IMG/VR virus record: IMGVR_UViG_3300021963_004854
Span: 96,001-160,000 of that record
Length of the DNA: 64,000 bases
Direction: 5' to 3' (one strand)
Source: a virus
Position 1 is the stretch's first letter; every line of letters starts with the position of its first letter. Under the pieces are notes generated by a model, which saw nothing but the letters and a program-made list of their open reading frames with translations, made no database searches and was not told the DNA's origin. The position numbers were made by a program, and so were the translations under genes. Shown piece by piece: positions 55,485 to 64,000 of the stretch.

Positions 55485-55838
55485 GCTTATATGTCTCAGA
55501 GTGAGAAGGCTCGTCTTGCCCCTAAAGTCAAGGCAATCCTCAAGAAGTATAACATGAAGGGTTCGCTTGCGGTTCGCAATTACAGCACCCTTGTTCTCAA
55601 CCTCAAGTCAGGTCCTCTGAACCTCGCCGACAATGACCGTGGTTATAACCAGGTCAATATGTATTGGTTGGCTGATAGCTACCAAGGTAAGGAACTGGCT
55701 TTCCTCCAAGAAATCAAAGCTGCCATGAATGATGGCAATTATGACAACAGCAACGCCCAAATCGATTACTTCTCGGTGGGTTGGTACGTTAACGTCAACG
55801 CTGGTCAGTGGAACAAGCCATACCAGAAGGTTGCTTAA
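55482..55838 (+). CDS. early hypothetical protein
   Basis: MAYMSQ..IDYFSVGWY..GQWNKPY. Confidence 0.7.
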   Translation: MAYMSQSEKARLAPKVKAILKKYNMKGSLAVRNYSTLVLNLKSGPLNLADNDRGYNQVNMYWLADSYQGKELAFLQEIKAAMNDGNYDNSNAQIDYFSVGWYVNVNAGQWNKPYQKVA

Positions 55839-55900
55839 ATCTATTGACATTTTTGTGATTAAATGGTAATATATACCATACTTTATAATGGAGTTTTATT

Positions 55901-57370
55901 ATGATTTCCAGTGAACTTTTTGAAATTGATGCCGCTTGTGTCCGTCGAGAAGAAATGACGGTCGAGCGCCTATATTACATGATGACCACCGCGCTGTCTA
56001 GGCTCAATCCTAATCCCGTTGGTCAACGGGCACCAACTAATGATGGCTTCCAGAATAGCAAGAACGAAGGGATCATCGAATCGATCCTCTCTGGATATGG
56101 TGTCGATACCATCTATCTCCGCGATATCACTGTGTATGAGCCAGAACATCCCATCCGCAAGTTGTATAACAACGATGGTTATTTGACAATCGATGGCGGT
56201 CACCGCTGCCGTGCCATTCGTTGGTTCATCGAAAACAAGTTTTATATTACCATCGATGACAACAAGTTTTTCTTCCGCGATTTGCCACGCGATATTCTTG
56301 AGAAGTTTATGCAGGCGACGGTAGCCGTGAAGTATATCGTTTGCACCTCTGGACAGGCTCACAAGTGGTTCCTGATGATTAACAAGATGACCAAGACCAA
56401 TGAGATTGAGTCCATCATGGCTGATGATGAGTCAGATGTTACGCGGTTCATCCGCACCATGACCTGGTATGTCAAGGAATATGGCAACCGCGAACAGATT
56501 CATCCGATCTTCCGTGTCTATATTTCCGAGAAGAGTGACTATACCACCGACCTCTGGAACAAAGCCAATCTTGGCGGTTCGTTCTACTATCACGCATTCA
56601 TCACCCTTGCCAAGGCAATTGGCAACGGAAATGTGAATGCAGGCGAGACCGCATGGAAGAGGATTATTGCAGATGATTATGCTGGAAAGCCTCTAACCAA
56701 GAACGCAATCGAAATCTGGAACAAGTTCTTTGATGACCTGTTAAAGTTCCAAAAGATTGTTGGCTATAAGAAGGGATTGGACGATGATAGCTTCGGCTTC
56801 TTCTCTTGCTTCTGGTTCCACTTGTTAAACAAGTATGGCAAGAACTTCCGTCTAGACATGGACACTCTTGCCCCTATCCTGGCACGCGCCAAGACTCTCT
56901 TGACAATCAAGAATGGCACCCAGCACAATGACTATGACGATACTATCGTCACGGGTGTTGATGGCGAGAATGAATATTTGAAGACCCTGATGCGGTCATA
57001 TGTCAAGGCATTCTCATACGGAAGTAAGCAAGACTTTGCTGGTGAGTATATCCTCAATGAAGTCGAACGCCAATCGGATGATGACACTGGCATCATTGTG
57101 ATGGACAATCGCCGCAGTCTGTCTCTCCGCGACAAGGAAGCACTATTTGCAGCGCAGATGGGAAAGTGCTGGCTCGACTATAACGGGCATCCGTGTAAGA
57201 GTTCCGATAAGAAGTTGACGATTGACGATTGCGTCCTCGCCCACGATACGCCATATGCATATGGCGGTAAGGCAAGCGATGGGGTGATTATGTGTAATTC
57301 GTGCCACTCCAAGCAGGGTATGCTTACTCTTGATGAATATGTGGCACACCTCAATTCAGAAACCGCTTGA
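55901..57370 (+). CDS. DUF262 (ParB-like) + HNH protein, GmrSD-like
   Basis: IIESIL..IDGGHR..FLMIN; C-terminal C..C..HDTPYAYGG..CNSCH. Confidence 0.7.
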   Translation: MISSELFEIDAACVRREEMTVERLYYMMTTALSRLNPNPVGQRAPTNDGFQNSKNEGIIESILSGYGVDTIYLRDITVYEPEHPIRKLYNNDGYLTIDGGHRCRAIRWFIENKFYITIDDNKFFFRDLPRDILEKFMQATVAVKYIVCTSGQAHKWFLMINKMTKTNEIESIMADDESDVTRFIRTMTWYVKEYGNREQIHPIFRVYISEKSDYTTDLWNKANLGGSFYYHAFITLAKAIGNGNVNAGETAWKRIIADDYAGKPLTKNAIEIWNKFFDDLLKFQKIVGYKKGLDDDSFGFFSCFWFHLLNKYGKNFRLDMDTLAPILARAKTLLTIKNGTQHNDYDDTIVTGVDGENEYLKTLMRSYVKAFSYGSKQDFAGEYILNEVERQSDDDTGIIVMDNRRSLSLRDKEALFAAQMGKCWLDYNGHPCKSSDKKLTIDDCVLAHDTPYAYGGKASDGVIMCNSCHSKQGMLTLDEYVAHLNSETA

Positions 57371-57418
57371 CATTTACCAGCGAATCATCTATAAGTAATT
57401 ATAGAAAGTGAGATTGTT

Positions 57419-57697
57419 ATGTATACGATTGAAGAAACCATTCAGCATATTGATAACCCCAATAATTGGTGCAGCATGGCCGATATCTGGGAAGTTGAAG
57501 ACCGCACCGCTATCGTGTGGGCAGAAGAAGTTGAGAATAAATCGACCACTGCCCCGTGGCGTACCTCGTATGTTGTCCGATATTGGGAAAAAGGTGAGTG
57601 GAAAGATACCCGGTCGTTCTATACGGAGACCGCGGCACTTGATTTTGCCCGCGATTTTGTCAACAGCCCACATCGGTTCCCATATCCTACCGACTAA
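57419..57697 (+). CDS. early hypothetical protein
   Basis: Follows cassette at 57367. Confidence 0.65.
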   Translation: MYTIEETIQHIDNPNNWCSMADIWEVEDRTAIVWAEEVENKSTTAPWRTSYVVRYWEKGEWKDTRSFYTETAALDFARDFVNSPHRFPYPTD

Positions 57698-57763
57698 AAG
57701 AATCACTTGACATTCCTAGCGAATCTGCTATTATGAGAATATAGAGTGAAAAAGGAGATTGTT

Positions 57764-58015
57764 ATGCGAGTCGAACCTGTTGGTATGAATATTCAAGGCG
57801 TTGTGCGTGAGATTTGTAACTTCCTGGCTTATGTCGGTGACTTTTACGCCGATGGCGGTCTGTATGATATGGGTGCGACCTCGCGCCAGATCATTGACGC
57901 CTTCGACATTTACGCCAACCGCGTTGGCTATGAGAACCTTGCACTGGATTCGGTCGACCGTGAGGGCGTCCGTGATGTAATGATTGAACAATTTGGATTG
58001 GTATTTCCCGAATGA
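57764..58015 (+). CDS. early hypothetical protein
   Basis: Follows cassette at 57707; DSVDRE motif. Confidence 0.65.
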   Translation: MRVEPVGMNIQGVVREICNFLAYVGDFYADGGLYDMGATSRQIIDAFDIYANRVGYENLALDSVDREGVRDVMIEQFGLVFPE

Positions 58016-59313
58016 GATATAAATGGATTAATCAGCTAAACGAGTCCGATAGCCGCCTGCACAAGGAAGATGTTCTTGCGCGGGCATTGGCTGCAGGTGA
58101 CCATGTGTTCCTGAACGGCATTCGTAACTGCTACAACCCATACATTACCTTTGGCGTGAAGCAGATTCCATCGACGGAGGGCATCACAGGTGCACCGAAC
58201 CCGTATGAGGACTTTGATGAACTGCTTGCCAAGCTGGCCGCTCGACAGTTGACTGGCCACGCAGCCAGGGATGCCATCCTTGGTATGTCCCTCAAGTTTG
58301 ATAGTGATGAGTGGAATCTGTTCCTTGCTCCTATCTTGCGCCGTGATATGCGGGCAGGCTTTAGTGATAGAACTATCAATAAGGTATGCAAGGGTACCGA
58401 ATATGTAATTCCCACCTTTGGTTGCCAGCTGGCTGCTAACAGCGAGGGTCGACCAGAGATGGTAGGTACCAAGTGGCTTGAGCCTAAGCTGGATGGTGCC
58501 CGTGTGTTGCTAGTTGTTTCGGATGACAATACGGCCACTTGCTACAGCCGCAACGGCAAGGTGTTCGATAACTTCCCACATGTGGAACAACAGGTCCTAA
58601 GTAATGTGTATGCTATACGCACCTACCTTCGTATCAAGGGCGGCTTCGTGCTTGACGGCGAGATTATGGGCAAGTCCTTCCAAGACCTGATGCGTCAAGC
58701 ACAGCGCAAGGAGAACGTCCAGACGCAGGACACCGTGTTCAATGTGTTTGACATTCTGCCTCTTGAGGACTTCAAGCGTGGCTTCTGGAATGCCCAGTTG
58801 CGCAAGCGCCTTGCTATCCTATCCGATATGCAGCCTGTATTTGATGCGATGCCCAACGTTACGCGGGTCGATAGCCAGATTGTGGTAGACCTCAGCACCG
58901 AAGAAGGCCGCACCAAGCTCCACGAGTATGCTACCGAGATGGTAACCGCTGGCTTTGAAGGTATCATGATTAAAGACATGGAAGCACCGTATGAGTGTAA
59001 GCGCAACACCTTCTGGATGAAGTGGAAGCCTGTTATCACCGTCGATCTCCCCGTCATTGGCCTAGAAGAAGGCACTGGTCGTAACAAGGGTCGTCTAGGC
59101 GCTCTGGTGTGTCGTGGTGTTGACCATAGCAAGGAGATTAGTGTCAACGTGGGTAGTGGCTTTAGTGACACCGAGCGTGACCTATTCTGGAAGCAACAGG
59201 AATTAATCGTTGGTCGCACAGCCGAAATCTTGTGCGATGTTATAACTCAGAACCAAGACGGTACCTATTCACTGAGGTTTCCACGGTTCGTTCGATGGAG
59301 GGATGACAAGTGA
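58012..59313 (+). CDS. lig: ATP-dependent DNA ligase
   Basis: EPKLDGAR, LDGEI, EGIMIK, WMKWK, VGSGF, SLRFPRF. Confidence 0.95.
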   Translation: MRYKWINQLNESDSRLHKEDVLARALAAGDHVFLNGIRNCYNPYITFGVKQIPSTEGITGAPNPYEDFDELLAKLAARQLTGHAARDAILGMSLKFDSDEWNLFLAPILRRDMRAGFSDRTINKVCKGTEYVIPTFGCQLAANSEGRPEMVGTKWLEPKLDGARVLLVVSDDNTATCYSRNGKVFDNFPHVEQQVLSNVYAIRTYLRIKGGFVLDGEIMGKSFQDLMRQAQRKENVQTQDTVFNVFDILPLEDFKRGFWNAQLRKRLAILSDMQPVFDAMPNVTRVDSQIVVDLSTEEGRTKLHEYATEMVTAGFEGIMIKDMEAPYECKRNTFWMKWKPVITVDLPVIGLEEGTGRNKGRLGALVCRGVDHSKEISVNVGSGFSDTERDLFWKQQELIVGRTAEILCDVITQNQDGTYSLRFPRFVRWRDDK

Positions 59314-60105
59314 CTTATCTAGCAACCGCATACCGTTGGGGATGGACCAACGCCCATAGTTATATTGTCTATTGCGGGAATGACTATGACCGTGCATTGG
59401 AACTCGCAGAGGAAGAAAACAATGACCGCGCGGGTAAGTATGGTGTAGATGTTCGCCAGTATGATGAGGAAGGCGACTGGCAGATGCTACTAGCATATTT
59501 CAAGTCCAGTTATGGCGAGGACATGCCTCATCACAACTATCGTCTTGACTATTTCAACACCCTCGGACATATGATGGACGAATATGTGAATGGTACATTC
59601 TATGAAGTCCAAGAGGGTGGATCGGTGCTACAGAGAACTTCTATTGAACCTGATCCTCGCATAGTTGCACGGGCTAGGAGCCGCAAAGAATTCTATGACG
59701 CCTTACAGGAAGGTCTAATCACAAGAGGAGAAGACAATGGCAATCATTGACAATAACAATAGCAATTTCAGACCAATTGACTGGGATAGCATTTCAATTC
59801 CAGCCAATACTAGCCACACCATTACGGGCACCACTGGTACCTTCACAGCCGGTCTACCCGGCGCTCTTATTGATTACACCATGGAACATGATAGGGATTG
59901 GCTGGATGCATCTGGTACACCAAAAGATCAGATGGAAGCCATATTCAAGAAGGAAATGGCAGTCAAGCTGGCTGAAAAGATGATTGCGGATGGCCATGTT
60001 CTATTCACCAAGCAAGACATAATGCATAATAATACCGTTCGCTATAAGGCCTACACCTGGGTGGGCAACAAAGACTTTATTGAACAGCGGCGTAAATACG
60101 GATAG
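59310..60105 (+). CDS. two hypothetical ORFs (59310-59750, 59737-60105)
   Basis: Coupled ORFs. Confidence 0.55.
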
Positions 60106-60113
60106 GGAACACC

Positions 60114-60704
60114 ATGTCAAGCAATGAAACCTTTACTATTGATGAGCGACTAGAAATCACGCAGGCCAAGGACCTAATCCGCAAGAACCTCCGTGACCTG
60201 TTCGAAGGTCTGCCTATCAGTTATTATGAGCATTTCAAGACCGCCATTCTTACTGGTGGTGCTATTGGTTCTGTTCTCCGCAAAGAGACACCGAATGACT
60301 GGGACATGTATCTGGAGCAATCAAGCGCCGACAATTTCATGAAAAAAGTGCTGGCTAATACGGACAATATTCAGGCCAGCATCCTAGAACTGCCCCACAA
60401 GTATACTGGCACTAAGGTAAATGGTAAGTATGTAACTGCATATGCTACCACCTTCGTGAACAAGCTCCAGGTAATCACCGGGTTCAATAAGACCCACCGC
60501 TTGGAGTTTGATTTTGTCCACTGTATGCCATACTTTGATATGAAGACCCAGAAGCTCCACATCTCCAAGCAACAGTATAGTGCATGTAAGGAGAAGAAGC
60601 TAATTAAGAATCCGCGTGTGGTAAAGCCAGCGGGTGAAATGCATACCTCCATTAAGAGGATAGAGAAGCTCCTGGATAGGGGATGGACATTAATGCCGAC
60701 ATGA
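60114..60704 (+). CDS. minimal Pol-beta-family nucleotidyltransferase-like protein
   Basis: ILTGGAIGS..PNDWDMY..FDFVHC. Confidence 0.65.
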   Translation: MSSNETFTIDERLEITQAKDLIRKNLRDLFEGLPISYYEHFKTAILTGGAIGSVLRKETPNDWDMYLEQSSADNFMKKVLANTDNIQASILELPHKYTGTKVNGKYVTAYATTFVNKLQVITGFNKTHRLEFDFVHCMPYFDMKTQKLHISKQQYSACKEKKLIKNPRVVKPAGEMHTSIKRIEKLLDRGWTLMPT

Positions 60705-60717
60705 CCAAACGAATCGC

Positions 60718-61554
60718 TTGACATTTCCGACGAATCTGCTATTGTTAGTAAGTAGTCAGTGAGAGAAAGTGATTCGAAATGTTTGCTCTTGTTTTTGCCC
60801 TTGTCTTGATTCCAGTCTTCCAGATCATTCGGGAAGACCTTGTTGCTGGTTATGAACTCGTTCCTGCTGAGGTGATGTAAGATGATTAAGGTTCAGTATC
60901 GCTACTATAACTATTCCCTAAAGACCAAGTTTTTTGAGGAATACGAAGATGCCCGCAAGTTTTGGAACTACATGCGTGTCCAATCCGGCATCCGCTATGC
61001 TGAGTTGATTACCGCTTGACATTTGGTCGCGAATCGACTATAGTTATTAAGTAGTCAGTGAGAAGAAAGTGATTCGTTATGATTGATATCCTCGAGAACG
61101 TTGAGAAGTTTGACCGTGTTGTTGCCGAGCATGTCCTGTGGATGTTTGATGACGCCGAAGAGATTGGAAGCAGCGATATCAACGCCTGCGTCAACAACAT
61201 TCTGATGGAATATTACCCCAAAGCGAGTGACGCTCCTGTTCACCAGTTTTCGATTGCCAAGATTGCAGTCCGTCAAGCCCTGATGAACATGGAAGATATT
61301 CGCCAGCTCTACTAATTACCGCTTGACATTTTGTGTGGTTATGCTATTATAAAATGTAAGTTGAAAAGAGAAAGTGATTCGTTATGAAATACCAGTTTGA
61401 AGCAAATAGCAAGAAAATCGTGGTCGAGGCAGATAAGATGCTGTCCGCCATGGCCGAAGCCAACAAGCAGTTCCGCAGTCTCCCACAGGGTGCCTGGATG
61501 GCTGTTGGTTCGTTGAATAGCTACCGCTGGGTACCTGGTAATTTTGTCGATTAA
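60718..61554 (+). other. three tandem early cassettes (60718, 61016, 61323) with small ORFs 60779-60880, 60882-61019, 61079-61315, 61384-61554
   Basis: Repeated TTGACA..GATTCG..ATG units; ORFs absent from the track were translated by hand. Confidence 0.75.
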
Positions 61555-61565
61555 GGAGTTTTGTT

Positions 61566-62668
61566 ATGAACGGTTTTGAACAGAATATCGCAGCGATTAC
61601 AGGTCGCGCATCACCGGTCGAAGTAAATGAAATCGTCCAACAAATGTATGCATATGGTCTCCGCTTTAGCGAACTGTCTGCGGCTTCTTTTAAGACATGG
61701 GCCAAGCGTTGTGAACGTGAATTGGTCGATGCTAAAATTCTCAACTAAGGAGTTTTGTTATGATTGATGTTACTGAAATGACCGATGCCGAGTTGCTCTC
61801 GGCACTGATAGAAAATGCAAATGTTCCCGATGAGGCTCGGTTGTCCTATAAAGCAGGATACTACGAAGGTGCCCTCCTCTCCCTAATGGCACGTTTTCCC
61901 GAGGTGCGGAAAGAGATTAGTGAGCGCGCCCGTATGGCCAACTGGAATAAACAAGGAGTTTGATTATGTTATATTGGATTGTTTCTTTTTCTATTTTGGC
62001 ATATGCAGTATATAAGGCAGCCCAAAAAGATTTTACATACGGTCGCGGTGATACGACTATCGATCCGAATAAACTGATGCCTTATATCCTCGCCACAATG
62101 TTGGCTTTCTTTGCGTGGCCGATTGTTATACCTATGGTTGGCATCTACAAATTAGGTGAACGTTTTAAGAAGGAAGTTTGATTATGCTTGGATTGTATGT
62201 CATTGTTGCAATTGTTCTTGGTTTGTTTTGTGCGTATCGCGTGGGACAGGTGGATGACTACACTCGCCGAGAGGTTGGTCCGTTATTTTTCATTATTGTT
62301 CCCTGTTGGCCATTGGTACTTGTCCTTGCTATCGTAGCAGGTCCATTCGTTGGTGTCTATTACCTCGGACATAGGAAGCGCGAAGCAGCCCGTAAGGCGG
62401 CAAAGGATAAACGTCCATGAATGCCAACATGCTAAGAAGTCCACGGGTAAAGACGGTTACCCAGCCTGCTATCCAACCGCCATCGATGAATGTCCCTCTT
62501 CCCGAGAAGATGGAAATCCGTGTTGTGGAATACACCAAAGGCGATAAGATTGTCAAGGTGGAACTCCAGTATCGTATGTGGAACTTTGATGAGTATGGCA
62601 TGATTGTCGATAAAACAGACTGGGAACCAGTGGAACGTATAAAGATTGATTTAGATGGAGATGTATAA
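61566..62668 (+). CDS. five small early ORFs (61566, 61760, 61960, 62178, 62417), two of them membrane proteins
   Basis: Repeated RBS AAGGAGTTTTGTTATG / AGGA(A)GTTTGATTATG. Confidence 0.55.
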
Positions 62669-63108
62669 TGCCTAATTGGTGTTTAAATACTGTTACTGTG
62701 GAGCATGCCGACCCCGCAATGATGGACAAGTTTGAGGCGGCTGTCCGTGAGGGTAATCTGTTTCAGACGTTCGTCCCTTTAACGGAATGGAAATATGATG
62801 ATGCCGTTGAATCTTGGGGTACCAAGTGGGATATCTCCAACGGTGAGGTAATCGACCGCTATATGCCCGAGGTGCTTTGCGTCTCCTTTGAGACCGCGTG
62901 GTCGCCACCCATCGCATTCTATGATGACCTTATGCAACTGGGATTCACCGTCAACGCCCATTATTTTGAGTCGTCCTTCGTCGGCCAATATATAAACGGC
63001 GAAGAAGAATCTTATGACGTTGACCCGGATGACCTGTCCAATATTCCCGAAGATATGAACGAAATGTGGGGTATAACGGAGATGTATGAGGACTGGAATG
63101 AGGACTAA
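62668..63108 (+). CDS. DUF1281/YubB ferredoxin-like-fold protein
   Basis: MPNWC, WGTKWD, FETAWSPP. Confidence 0.8.
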   Translation: MPNWCLNTVTVEHADPAMMDKFEAAVREGNLFQTFVPLTEWKYDDAVESWGTKWDISNGEVIDRYMPEVLCVSFETAWSPPIAFYDDLMQLGFTVNAHYFESSFVGQYINGEEESYDVDPDDLSNIPEDMNEMWGITEMYEDWNED

Positions 63109-63622
63109 AAAGCCTCGAAATCCATTTGATGCTCTTTTAGAGATGTGCAAGAAAAATGGAGTATACCAACTGGGTGATGGCTCATGGGCAATAAATTCGT
63201 CTACTAATCGTAGGCGAATGGAAAAAACAGGGTCATCGGTTGGTGGGGCAGCGGGCCTGAATTCCAAAGAATGGATTCCCGCCAAGGTATTGATTACCGC
63301 ACAGGACCTAGAACGCCAGTGGGAAAAACAAGGAAGAGTCTGCTATTGGCTTAAAATTCCAATTGATTTGGGATTATTGTATAAGAGTCATCCCAACTGG
63401 TATCCAAAGCATCCTGGTGCACCATCTGTTGACCGCATAGACGATAGTAAGGACTATACACCAGATAATATTCTTATTACATGTAGGTTCGCCAATTTCG
63501 GTAGAAACGTATATCCCTACGATAAAACCACCGAATTCATCGACTATGTAAAAAATTATATGATGGGGCTGATTGAATATCCCGAGGAAAACGTTTTTAA
63601 TTTATGTGAGAAACATGCATGA
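63098..63622 (+). CDS. His-Me finger (HNH-like) endonuclease
   Basis: QGRVCYW..SVDRIDDSKDYTPDN..CRFAN. Confidence 0.65.
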   Translation: MRTKKPRNPFDALLEMCKKNGVYQLGDGSWAINSSTNRRRMEKTGSSVGGAAGLNSKEWIPAKVLITAQDLERQWEKQGRVCYWLKIPIDLGLLYKSHPNWYPKHPGAPSVDRIDDSKDYTPDNILITCRFANFGRNVYPYDKTTEFIDYVKNYMMGLIEYPEENVFNLCEKHA

Positions 63623-64000
63623 GAACTAAAGAACAAGAGGCATTGGACAATATCCAGTGGCGCGAAGAGAAGTGCTGGGACATGGCTGAGGTATTCCTAC
63701 AGAACCGTGACGCCCATGGTGTGATGGATATGGGTGCCGAATTACAGGCACTACAACGAGCCGCTGCCGAAATTCGGAAGATACAGGCTCAATGAGTAGA
63801 GAGTCCATGGTATCAATCCTATTGGGTGAGGTATATCAAGCGACAAGCCACACCAACCCAATACCAATGAACCCGCGCCGAATAAAGAGGCTATTACGCC
63901 TAGATGGTGATTGCGGTGAGACATTGAACAGGTGCGCGGCCGCATGGATGAATAGAAGATATAATGATGAATAACTATCTGGTAGAGAGTGAACTAGGAT

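Overview
A 64-kb segment of a large T4-like (myovirus) phage genome, standard genetic code, almost entirely on the + strand. Host inferred as an alphaproteobacterium, most likely Sphingomonadales: GapR homolog, GANTC-bearing promoters, rrn-type boxA, tRNA-His with G-1:C73, and an 8-stranded outer-membrane barrel. Layout: (1) 1-15.7 kb: end of gp41 helicase, then late genes (His-rich putative head-packaged enzymes, holin, embedded spanins, a putative protease-cleaved polyprotein, Dps, dual-catalytic endolysin, structural proteins). (2) 15.7-29.2 kb: replication and nucleotide metabolism (primase, thyX, nrdA/C/B, rnh, speD-like). (3) 29.2-38 kb: RNA-rich region holding 26 of the window's 27 free-standing tRNA or tRNA-like genes, two of them structurally aberrant, plus five small closed-stem ncRNA candidates and an ~850-nt GOLLD-like RNA carrying an embedded CCA-less tRNA-Lys. 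(4) 38-44.5 kb: AT-rich island of 2OG-Fe(II) oxygenases, a subtilase, a PP-loop enzyme and a GNAT. (5) 44.8-64 kb: early genes built as cassettes behind a repeated sigma70 promoter-RBS unit carrying GANTC (CcrM/GcrA) sites at fixed positions. Best leads: the GANTC promoter cassettes, the GOLLD-like RNA with its satellite ncRNAs and boxA leaders, the D-armless tRNA-Arg(ACG) and atypical CAU tRNA, the His-rich late enzymes, and a possible prolyl-hydroxylase/GT60 glycosylation pathway. All family assignments come from motif recognition by eye; no searches or folding programs were run.
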